Assembly (NCBI GenBank): GCA_963797095.1
Contig: CAWCNY010000003.1
Coordinates: 672,001-736,000 of the forward strand
From: an uncultured Chloroflexia bacterium
GTDB lineage: Bacteria > Chloroflexota > Chloroflexia > QHBQ01 > JADMIH01
Length of the DNA: 64,000 nt
Reading direction: 5' to 3'
Shown: piece after piece, positions 49,154 to 58,728 of the stretch
How positions within the stretch are numbered: the stretch's first letter is position 1
Layout: each line of letters begins with the position of its first letter
Made by a program: the position numbers and the translations under genes
Notes under the pieces: generated by a model
Seen by the model: only the letters and a program-made list of their open reading frames with translations
What the model was told of the DNA's origin: nothing
Databases searched by the model: none

Positions 49154-49618
49154 TCACGTCTTGGCCTTACCACCCTTATTGGGCTTTTCGCCACATCCAC
49201 AGTTAGGCTTGGTGCTACATCCACCATGAACCGACCCTGCAAGCAACGCTTCTACTAGACCAGTCTCGCCGAGGCTAGCTGCAAGATCAGCATGAGGCAG
49301 ATAGAGTGTTGCTAGATCACCCACCAGAAAAGTCTGTACGCGGTCAACCTCAGTTGCACCGCCAAACCACACAATGGCAGGCTCGAGGGCCTCAGGATCA
49401 CCCTGCTTCTGGTGGTCCTTACTTACTTGAAAGACAAACTCAACCACGTCCTTCCCGAATCTTAGGTACTCATCGAAAGCTAGCGATCGATATAAGCGCC
49501 AAGTGTCTTTCGCCTCATCTTTCTGCAGATAACCACTTATTGGAACCAAATTCTTACCTAGGTTCCTGATCTCCTCAATAAGTGGATTACTGCGCAACCC
49601 CTCTTTCGTGTCGGCCAT
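49154..49618 (-). CDS. Putative RiPP precursor 2 (paralog of 44552-45019) with core SVHGGCSTKPNCGCG
   Basis: GGAGGAG RBS; shared KNLV..G, RLY.SL.F.EY, VW....T.VD.V and FL.G.(I/L)A motifs. Confidence 0.7.
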   Translation of the reverse strand: MADTKEGLRSNPLIEEIRNLGKNLVPISGYLQKDEAKDTWRLYRSLAFDEYLRFGKDVVEFVFQVSKDHQKQGDPEALEPAIVWFGGATEVDRVQTFLVGDLATLYLPHADLAASLGETGLVEALLAGSVHGGCSTKPNCGCGEKPNKGGKAKT

Positions 49619-49775
49619 CTTCTCCTCCATTCTGTCAATCGAGACAACTGTTACAGCACACCATTGAGAGCGAATGGGCCAATGTATGGGCTCAGCAACG
49701 GACCAAAAGGCACAGTGATAACGACGTTCAGATAATGCCAATCATACGTGATATGAAAGCGTCTGGACCCACCAT

Positions 49776-49804
49776 ATTGTACATCTGACTTTTCACTATG
49801 TCAA
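49776..49804 (-). promoter_or_regulatory. Sigma70 promoter for precursor 2 and the kinase
   Basis: TTGACA(49804-49799)-17 bp-TACAAT(49781-49776). Confidence 0.65.
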
Positions 49805-49829
49805 CACTCAGGTGTTATTGGGGTGCATT

Positions 49830-51312
49830 TCAGATAGGGGGCGAGTTGTAGACCAGGTGCCAGCACTGATCGAAGCGTGAACTGAGGATTGCCGTCCGCA
49901 CGGGCAACAGCTTTTCGGCACCCAGGCGGCTCCAACGCATACCTGCTCCGGCGAAGCGAGCCTTGAACTGCTTGCCTGCGCTCTCCACCGTGCCTGACCC
50001 AATCGGATAGCCCGCTTCGCGCATCTGGGAGTAGTTCATACGATGTGCGTTGTTGCTGAAGTAACCCGCTTCCTCCTTTAGCTGTTCAGCTTGTTTTGGT
50101 TGCCGCTCTGCCAAGTCAGCTAGCACCTCTGCCAAGTAGCCTGCTCCACCCTCAAATAGCAGCTTTTTCTGTGCCTCTAGCCATTGTTTGGAGGCGCCCG
50201 CATCGCCTTCGTGTGCTGCTAAAGATGCTGAGGCCAGGTGCTGCGCTCCATGATACCAGTCCACCAGTTGAGCACTGTCATACAAATGCTCCTCAGCTAG
50301 GTTCCAAATCCAGGCGGCACCGTCTGCTACTACCAGCGTGTGATCAGCCCTCTCCCACCCTCTGTGGTGTGCCTCTCCCCATAGCATCTGTCCGAAAACG
50401 GTGGGTCCGCCTAGATGGGCTACATAGCTTTGGTTAGTAGCACGGGCACGACTATCTTCGCTTCCTTCCTCCTCAAACTCAGTGGCCAATGCAGGCTCCG
50501 TTTTATCAGCCTCCATCTCCATAGCTTCAATGTCGAACACGCAGCCCACCTTCAACTCTTTCCAACCTTCCTCACGAATATGGATCATAGCGCCATCCAT
50601 ACTCGCACCCATCTTTGTGAATTGCCCAGGCACCCCAGGCACCCCAGGCACCCCAGGCACCCCAGGCACCCCAGGCGCAAATGCGTTGGAACCTTCTGCC
50701 TTAGAACCTTCCCTCTCGACCTGTACCTGTATATGTACATCGTTGGCGGAGTTGGCTGCCACCCACCGTGCAGCCTCCACCTCTCCAAAGCTACTACCCC
50801 ACTCCTGGCACAGCCTCCAAACAGTGCTGTCGGAGATGGACACACCTCCTATCTGCTCAAGTATTTGTGCCCCTCTCTCGAAGTCCACCAATCCTCCCAG
50901 CCATACTGACTGCTTGATTATCCATTCGCTCCAATGCACGTCCCACAAGTGCAACTGCTCATCCAGGGGGGAAAAGCCCCTTACGGCAGTAGGAGCAATA
51001 GTAGTAGGAGCGTTGTACTTTGATGGTGCCTATCCTGCTTTCCACAGGGTGAGCCTTCTCTCCCTTGTAGCGCATCTCCCTCCCACACTCAGGACAAGGT
51101 GGGCCAGGTACATTCTGAGTGGAGACCTCTTGCTGTGCCAGCACCGCCTGTGCCATCTGCTCACTCAGTTGCCTGCGCAGCTTCACTACCGCCTCCTCGA
51201 TCTGAGCTAGTGTGGGTTGGGGGGTGTCGGCTGACCAGCCAATCAGTTGTTCAATTGCTTGCTCTGCCTGTGCCATAAGCTCTGCCTTCATCTGTTCTCG
51301 GGTACGTTTCAT
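49830..51312 (-). CDS. DDE transposase in two frames (50959-51312 and 49830-~50975), probable programmed frameshift
   Basis: CPECG..YYCSYC; junction TTTTCCCCCC; MDGA, ADGAAWIW, DWYH, GSGTVES. Confidence 0.85.
50625..50678. repeat. 9-bp tandem repeat CCCAGGCAC x5-6 (PGV repeats) inside the transposase
   Basis: Read directly from the sequence; stays in frame. Confidence 0.9.
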
Positions 51313-51491
51313 CAGGAGCCTCCATGCTACGCGCAAGATCCTCCTATTATCTCAAACCTTGCCCCCTATCTGAAATGCACCCGTGTTATTGATCCTACAC
51401 TATCTCTGTAACACATTCTGGTGTCTTGACAACAATCCTTTATGTTGCAAGGATAAGGCAATTACTGGTCAACAATTAGGGGGTAGTGAAA

Positions 51492-52280
51492 ATGCCCTTC
51501 GATCTCAAGTATCATTGCCAGAGTTGCCCAACATTCTGCGGGCTAGCATGTGTGCAGATGCTAGCATACTCTCTTGACCAAGTCTTGCAGATTCAGCAAG
51601 CAGATTGGAAAGGATGTTCGGAGTCAGATGGATGGGGTGCACACCCCACCAATCTGCAACGCTACCTAAATGGTTTGCCGAACAAAGCGACTTCTATCCC
51701 AAACCTTACTTTCTATCTTGTGATATCCGACACCAAGAGCGCAATATCACACTGGGTTGCATATACACTTCGCAAGAAAAGGCCGGCACCTATGGTGCTT
51801 GTTGAGGGAGACGATCACTGGGTATTGGTCAAGGAATACACGCTGAAAGAAGAACCGGCCGCCGATTCACCCACCACCAAGTACAAGATCGACCGCTTCT
51901 TCATAGCGGATCCTTCCGTAAACTACGATCCCGTATCGGGTGAATGTCTAGAATGCCTTGCGAATGAGCTAAATGCCCTTACATTGCATGATCCCGACGA
52001 TATATGCGGAAATGCTGAAAGTTATACTTGCGGTTCTAAGCATTGCAAGATCGATCGGGGCCGTGGGATAAGGAGAACGAAGTATAGCACTTGGCGGAAT
52101 CACTGGCTGCATCAATTCCCAGGTCCGATATCTATTTGGTCGCATAAATATCTCGCTGTTATTGCGCTGGACGAAGAGAACGATCCTCTGAATGGGGATG
52201 ATTTTACAAGCCACACACTAGCAGGCGAAGAATGCGTAAATGGAGCATGGACTGATGAGGATTGTCCTGAGTTTGATTGA
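51492..52280 (+). CDS. Second C39/papain-like cysteine peptidase
   Basis: YHCQ....CGLACVQML, DHWVLV, IADPS, GRG; aligns with the N-half of 42823-44478. Confidence 0.7.
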   Translation: MPFDLKYHCQSCPTFCGLACVQMLAYSLDQVLQIQQADWKGCSESDGWGAHPTNLQRYLNGLPNKATSIPNLTFYLVISDTKSAISHWVAYTLRKKRPAPMVLVEGDDHWVLVKEYTLKEEPAADSPTTKYKIDRFFIADPSVNYDPVSGECLECLANELNALTLHDPDDICGNAESYTCGSKHCKIDRGRGIRRTKYSTWRNHWLHQFPGPISIWSHKYLAVIALDEENDPLNGDDFTSHTLAGEECVNGAWTDEDCPEFD

Positions 52281-52350
52281 TGACCCACTCTCAAAATACT
52301 GAAGCCTTCATTTGACCGAATGTTAGAGTTCTACACTATAGCAAGATGAG

Positions 52351-53001
52351 GTGCCTACTGTGGCTGCAGATAATAAATTCCAACTAGATGACGATACCCT
52401 CCGCAACAAGGCCCAGCAAGCATTACAGGAAGAAGCGGAGGTCATACCTAATTCCACCTCCTCGTGGGACAAATTGCTTGCTAATGCATCAGTTGCTCCA
52501 TCCGATCTCATTCTGCAAGTTGAGGATCTGAAGGAAGGTGAGCAGGGTTTTTGCTATTATTTGGTTCCCATCGTCAATCCCAATGGCTCTATACCCGTTG
52601 TTATACTCTTGGACGCAACCACTGGTGAGTTGCTTGAATCTACAGGCGTCGAAGAGAGTGTACAAACCGCCGATGGCCTCAACGCAATCATTCTAGTGCC
52701 TGCTCAACAAATAAAGGATCAGCTTCTATCGATCGGTTTTGTCACAATAAATGGGCAACGAAGGCCCATAAAGCAAGTTCAAATTGACCAACGTTCAGTA
52801 TGGCGGCATACTAGGCTTACGCCTCTGCCATATTTCCCTCGCTATAGGATGCACGTCACATTCAGCGATGGTCTCATTCAAGAACTGAGTACGTTCTACG
52901 TTCCAATATCGGGCCTTTCACTGCCAACTCCTCCACCTGGTGGGCTAGGAGAGGTCCCGGACTTAACACCATATACGAACTATCCAGGTATTAAACAATA
53001 A
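52351..53001 (+). CDS. Hypothetical protein resembling the C-terminal domain of 42823-44478
   Basis: LQVEDL..YYLVPI vs LVEWLD..YYIIPF; VWRH...PYFPRY vs VWKP...PYCPFY; FYV vs LYV. Confidence 0.6.
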   Translation: MPTVAADNKFQLDDDTLRNKAQQALQEEAEVIPNSTSSWDKLLANASVAPSDLILQVEDLKEGEQGFCYYLVPIVNPNGSIPVVILLDATTGELLESTGVEESVQTADGLNAIILVPAQQIKDQLLSIGFVTINGQRRPIKQVQIDQRSVWRHTRLTPLPYFPRYRMHVTFSDGLIQELSTFYVPISGLSLPTPPPGGLGEVPDLTPYTNYPGIKQ

Positions 53002-53008
53002 TCTGCAA

Positions 53009-55949
53009 CTATAACAACCCGTGCTCCATCGCAAATCGAATAGCCGCAGTACGCGACGTGACATCGATCTTATTGTAGATTGAGTAGAGGTGCGAACGTA
53101 CTGTATTCGGGCTTAGAAATAGCCGAGCAGCTACCTGTGCATTGTTGAGCCCAAGCGCAATCAATCGTAACAACTCAACCTCGCGTTTGCTGAGGCCGTT
53201 AGGATATGTTGGATCTTTAGTCAGTAGGTTTGTAGGTTGCGTCGCGTCTATTGGTAGCGCCATCGGATCTACAGGAGCTTCCACTGCGAAGGCCATAGAC
53301 ACTATTCGATCCAACGACAGGGCTTGACCCTCGGCCAAATACAAATTAAACTCATCATCTCCTAATCGCTTTCGAGTCTGAGCCACCATTTGCTCATATT
53401 CTGCAACGTCAACTGTCGTGGCGTTCACAAAGCTAATCCCCTCAGGGCGAATGGATAGCGGTGCGGCAAGCAATCGTGCAGCCAATTGGGGATCACCACC
53501 ATCAAAAGCCACCCCAGCAATGCTAGCCAGGCACAGGGCAGCCTGCCGTTTGCGCCCCAACTCCTGGTAAATTGCTGCTGCTTCTTGGTGTAGCGCCAGT
53601 GTACTATCATACCGTCTCTGCCGGTACGTTGCATATCCAATATGACGGGTTATTAAGGCCAACCGGCCCCTGTCACCCAGAGCCTGATATAGAGCGAAAC
53701 TTTCCCGATAGAACGCCTCAGCCTTGTCGTATGCCCCCTCAAGGTGCGCCACCATTCCATAGCCAAAAAGAACGTGCCCCAGATAATACCTGTCGCCTAC
53801 CTCACGCAGCAAGGGTATCGCTTCATCGAAACTACTACGGGCCAGACTGAAATCGCGAAGCTGAACGGCATCTAGGCCAACCGTCCCCAGCATCGAAGCA
53901 ACATTCCACTTGTCGCCCAGTTGCCTGTACAAGCCGATACTTTCCTTATCAAGGGACACAGATCCATTTACATCCCCCAGGCGGTATGGGATGCTGGACG
54001 CAAGGTCCAAGCCATGCGCCAACCCCCAAAGATCACCTGTTTCACGAAAGAGTGCTAACCCTTCGTCGGCCAGTTCATACAGCGAGCGTTCCAACGTATG
54101 CGATCCAACTCGCGAGAGTAATATCAGTGCATAAGCAAGTAGCTTCTTCTCACCCAGTTCCCGCAGTATTGCAACGCTTTCCTGTAGCGCAGCACGCGAA
54201 CCATCCAGGTCAAAATGCTGTTCGGCTAACTTAGCGGACGCATAAAGCGCTTTGGCAAGCCCAACACTTCGCTCGTTGTGGTCAATTTTCTCCAGTACGC
54301 TACCCAGCCAACGCTGCCCCTCAACAAAATGCCCCCTGAAATACCAATACCACCCCAGCGCCCCAGCCAACCGCAACCCGACGTTGGCATCCCCACCATC
54401 ACTCAGGCTCCAGCCCAGGGTCGCGCGGATATTGTCCAGGTCGGCATCCAGCTTGCGCAGCCAGGGATCGCGGCCACCCGTCGTCATATGAGGCTCGGCC
54501 TCCTCTGCCAGCGCCAGCATAGCCAGCGCGTGGGCGCGGCGCACCTCGTTCTCTTCCCCACTCTCGACCAGCCGCTCAAGCCCGTACTCGCGGATCGTTT
54601 CGAGCATACTGAAGCGCGCTTCCCCGTCCGGCCCTTCCTCCTGCTTCAACAAACTCTTATCCAGCAGCGATGCGACCAGGTCCAGCGTGTCCAGGCCTGA
54701 AGGCACGCGCCCTCCTCCCTCGCTCGCCACCCGCTCCGCAGCGTCCAGCGTAAAGCCCCCCACGAACACCGACAATCGTCTGTACGCCGCCTTCTCCGCC
54801 TCGTCCAGCAGGTTGTAGCTCCAATCGATAGCTCCCCGCAGCGTGCGCTGGCGAGGCGGCAGATTCTGCGCACCTCCCGTCAGCACCCCAAGCCTGCTGT
54901 CGAGCCGGGCCAGCAGCGCTTGCGGCCTCAACACATTGATCCTCGCGGCGGCAAGCTCTATCGCAAGCGGCAGCCCATCCAGTTTCCGGCAAATATCGGC
55001 AATCACAACCGCCGTCGCGTCATCCACAACCAGGTCAAGACGAGACCGCGCGGGCACGCTGCACAAACAGGTCGGTGGCCTCCGATTGCGACAGGCTTTC
55101 CGCCGTGGTCTGCGCGTCGCGTGGAGGCACAGGCAGCGGCGGCACTCGCCAAATCTGCTCGCCATAAACATGCAGCGCGCTCCGGCTAGTCGTTACCACC
55201 TGCACATCAACCGCGGCAGTGAGAAGCTCTGCCAGGTGCTCCTCCGGCTCGTCGATCTGCTCCATATTGTCGAGCACCAGCAGCATCCGCTTGTCCCGCA
55301 GAAAATCGGCCAGCACCTCGTTCGCGGGCCTCCCCGTCGCCTCCTTCACCCCCAGTGCCGACGCCACAGCCTGCGCAATCCCTTTGCCATCCACCAGGGC
55401 AGCCAGCGGCACAAAAAACACCCCGTCCTCGTAATCGCCGCCCCTGAGCAAACGCCGCCCAGCCTCTATGCTCAGGCGCGTCTTCCCTATGCCCGGCGGG
55501 CCAAGCAGCGTAAGCAACCTCACGCCCGGCTTGCTCAGCAGATCCACCACCCGCTCCACATCCGCTTCCCGCCCGACAAAAGTCGTGAGTTGCGCCGGTA
55601 AGTTCGATGGGGGTTGGGCGCGCACCCGCCACGGGGCTTCCGGGTCGAAGTCCGGGTCGGCGGCTGCCCCACTTCCCGGGTAACCCTCGTCGGTGTCCAG
55701 GTCGGAAATAGCAAACAGCACAAAAGCCTTGTGCTCGTTGCGGGCGACCGCGAAAATGTGCGCTACCCTTTCGGCCATCCGCCGCGTGGGCCTCGCCGCG
55801 CCCGCTTCCCACTCCTGCACCAGCTCCGGCGTGCAATCTACCCCCACGCGCTCCGCAAGCTCTTCCGGTGAAATTCCGCGCGCTTCCCGGCGGCTTCGTA
55901 GCCACAACCCGAATAGCGTGCGTGCCTGTTGTTCTTTTTCAGTCACCAT
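53009..55949 (-). pseudogene. XRE-HTH / STAND ATPase / TPR / LuxR-HTH regulator with one frameshift near 55040
   Basis: FGLWLR, GPPGIGKT, LVLDNME in 55035-55982; LDGLPLAIELAAA and LSKREVELL..LSPNTVRSHL in 53009-55171; removing one base restores RAVRLDLVVDD. Confidence 0.85.
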
Positions 55950-56450
55950 AGCCACACCTGTGCTCTTTATATAGAGACACAAATCAAAAGGGCGGGTGGT
56001 TTCCAGGGCCGACGCCTATTTCTTGACGACAGCCCTGCGTCGTTGTCCCACAGTATAGCACTACCGTGCCCCGGATGTAATAGGTCTCTGGTCCCATTGC
56101 ATGTCGGGCGTTATGCGTACCCAGGCATGCAGACCCCGCACCCCACCCCAAAATTAATCCTCCCCCGATCCCCTGATTAATCCTTTCATCCGATGGAGCC
56201 ACCGTTCCAAAGGGCTAGCATAAGGGCAATGGCGAGATATTTCCAACCAACCAAAATAAAGTACCTCGCCAGGGCGGTAACGAGTATGGCTCCTGTCAAA
56301 CGCAAGCACGCTACAACGACCCGAGGCGCCAGGGTCAACAGAGCACAGCAGGCCACGCAAGAGTCACACTCAGGTTTTACGGCTCTCCAGGGGTCAAGTC
56401 TCGCTCAATACAGGGGGAGCGCACCCGGTGGAGAAAAGGAGGGTAAGAAA

Positions 56451-57269
56451 GTGTACGGCAAAACTATCGGTATGAGGTTTCTAGCGGTCGTCGCGCTGTT
56501 GCCCCTGCTGGCCCAGGTGACCGGCAGCCCGGTAACCGGCCCCGACCCTATAGACACCACTCTCAGGTTCGATAAGCTTGCCGTCTACAAGTACGAAGGC
56601 TTCCAACCTTACGATGTAGTCGCCCGAGTCGTGGACGGCAACGGCCAACCTGTAGATGGTGCTGATGTGAAAGTGGTCTTTGCGGCAACCGGCAAGACCG
56701 CCATCCCATTGAAAAGCACTGGTAAAGGCAACTATATAGGCTGCGATCTGGAGTGGATAGACGCCCCTTCCGGCGATCTCACCATCCGGGTGGTCGCCCA
56801 GAAGAGGGGTATGCTCACCGCCGAAGCTACCGTCAAAGATCAACCCGGCAATGGCTGCGGTGCCGGTGAGCCTCAACTCTATATCTCCAAGATCGACGCC
56901 GACAAGCTCAACGGCTCCAAGAAGTCGCTCGACGTCGCACTACGCGTCACCGATGAGCGTGGCCTTCCAGTCAAGGGGGCTGAGGTGATGATCCGCGCAA
57001 CCGACTACCACAACTATGTGGACGCGCGCCTCGCCGACGCCGGTGATGGCAAATACATGGCGTGCTCGCTCGGCAGCTTCGATACTTCCGGTGCTGGCCA
57101 GATCGTCATCCATGCGCGGGCCTCCGCACTCGGCTATCGAGAGGCTGAGGCTGATTCGGTCAACAAAGTGGGCACAATCTGCTCCCGTCAGGCACCCCCG
57201 TCTGACGATACAACAACAGGCTCTACTACCCAGGCTACGGCCAGGGGTGATGGGAGGTTCGCGAGATGA
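56451..57269 (+). CDS. Secreted protein with two Ig-like repeats
   Basis: GGAGG RBS before GTG; signal peptide; V(V/T)D..G.PV.GA.V...G.G.Y..C.L repeated twice. Confidence 0.7.
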   Translation: MYGKTIGMRFLAVVALLPLLAQVTGSPVTGPDPIDTTLRFDKLAVYKYEGFQPYDVVARVVDGNGQPVDGADVKVVFAATGKTAIPLKSTGKGNYIGCDLEWIDAPSGDLTIRVVAQKRGMLTAEATVKDQPGNGCGAGEPQLYISKIDADKLNGSKKSLDVALRVTDERGLPVKGAEVMIRATDYHNYVDARLADAGDGKYMACSLGSFDTSGAGQIVIHARASALGYREAEADSVNKVGTICSRQAPPSDDTTTGSTTQATARGDGRFAR

Positions 57270-58447
57270 AATCCAGACTAATCCTAACCGGTCTGGCGCT
57301 CGTGCTCCTGTCTCTTGCACTTGTGGCGGCTCCTCTGCGAGCCGCCCAGGCCGGAGCCGGAAGCACAGCAACCCAGCCCGACATGCAGGAATCACCGTCC
57401 GTTCAATATCAGACCAACTTTGAAAAGACTATCCAGCCCTGGGAGGCTGGCACTAACGACCGCTCCGTAACCGCAAGCCTGTCAAGGCAGGAAGGCGACA
57501 ACGGTTGCGGCGATGGCGGCAATGCCTTTGCGGACCTGGAGAGCTACCCCGGCCCCATCCAGGACGCTCCCGAGGCCGGTGGCCCGCATCCCCTGCCAAT
57601 AACAACCTGGGCAGCCATCGAGCTTTCCGGGCCACGGGGTCCCGTCGATGTGACAGTTGAGTGGGCCACGCGCAACCAGGGCGCCTGCGAAGGATGTATG
57701 CCAGCCGTCTTCGTCGGCACTCAGGCCATCGACGACAGGAGTCTCTTCCACACGATCGCCTCTCCTCTCTCCAAGCAGTGGCAGAGCCTCAGCTATCAGA
57801 CCACTTTCCTCTACGGCAACACCGGCACGATCTACGTGGCCCTCGGCTGGATGGGCAGCAATGCCGCCATCGCACTTGACTGCGTCAGCATAAGCATCAA
57901 CGCCCATTACGACTACGACTACAGCTTTGAAAACGGCACCGCCCCCTGGCAGCCTGTGGAGATGAACGACGAGACCCCTATCCTCAACCAGGGCGCCGGA
58001 GATGCCGGCTGCAGCCGCAGGATCGACACCTGGCACGCGGCCCTCAGCAACTACTTGGGGCCACTGGACAGTGAGACTGATGTAGGCCCCCTCGCGCCGC
58101 TTATGCTATCTCGCATGATGCAAGCGTCCTTCCCACCATCCAGCGACCGCTTCAGCGATGTCACGGTCACCTGGTCGGCACGTAGCGACTATGGATGCGC
58201 GGGCTGTACGCCTCTCATCTACCTGGGCACAAGCCCCCTTACCAGTAGCGGGCAGCTAAGGCCACTGGCCGCCAAGATAGCCGACTTCTGGCAGCCCATG
58301 GGCTATGAGGCCGCCATCTTTACTCCCGACACCAGCCACGTATACGTGGCCCTGGGTTGGCAGGAACCTGCCGGCCCGACACGCTTGCGGGCAGTTGGCT
58401 ACGACTGCCTCAACGTCCATATCCAACCGGCGGACATCAACCCATGA
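57266..58447 (+). CDS. Secreted protein with two Cys-containing beta-sandwich repeats
   Basis: Signal peptide; FE....PW, GD.GC, V.V.W..R...C.GC.P, YVALGW, DC repeated twice; ATGA overlap. Confidence 0.75.
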   Translation: MKSRLILTGLALVLLSLALVAAPLRAAQAGAGSTATQPDMQESPSVQYQTNFEKTIQPWEAGTNDRSVTASLSRQEGDNGCGDGGNAFADLESYPGPIQDAPEAGGPHPLPITTWAAIELSGPRGPVDVTVEWATRNQGACEGCMPAVFVGTQAIDDRSLFHTIASPLSKQWQSLSYQTTFLYGNTGTIYVALGWMGSNAAIALDCVSISINAHYDYDYSFENGTAPWQPVEMNDETPILNQGAGDAGCSRRIDTWHAALSNYLGPLDSETDVGPLAPLMLSRMMQASFPPSSDRFSDVTVTWSARSDYGCAGCTPLIYLGTSPLTSSGQLRPLAAKIADFWQPMGYEAAIFTPDTSHVYVALGWQEPAGPTRLRAVGYDCLNVHIQPADINP

Positions 58448-58728
58448 AGCAGGGCTTGCTTCTCGGAACATCACAATAATGACGGCAGGGCGGGGGCAGT
58501 TCCCCTCCTTGCTGCCCCCGCTGGGAGGGATGCCGTTTGGCGTCCCTCCTTTAGGTGTAGTGCAACTGCCATCCGTGTATGCTAGAGTAGAATAATTCAC
58601 CACCCTCACAAGCAACTGACGCTTCAGGCAGGCTAACCTCACTATGGCGGCGAGCGATATTCTTGTCTCCGCCACCGCCCTGTCGCATAAGCAATCACAC
58701 CATCTCTATTTCTCACGGAGGTATGGCC

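Larger units (their letters stand above)
49821..51382 (-). mobile_element. ISKra4/ISLre2-like (Mutator-type) insertion sequence, 1562 bp
   Basis: 22-bp perfect TIRs GGGTGCATTTCAGATAGGGGGC; 9-bp target duplication GTGTTATTG at 49812-49820 and 51383-51391. Confidence 0.92.

Noticed and set aside
56200-56450. Riboswitch in the long leader of the secreted-protein operon
   Set aside because: No recognisable aptamer consensus or terminator
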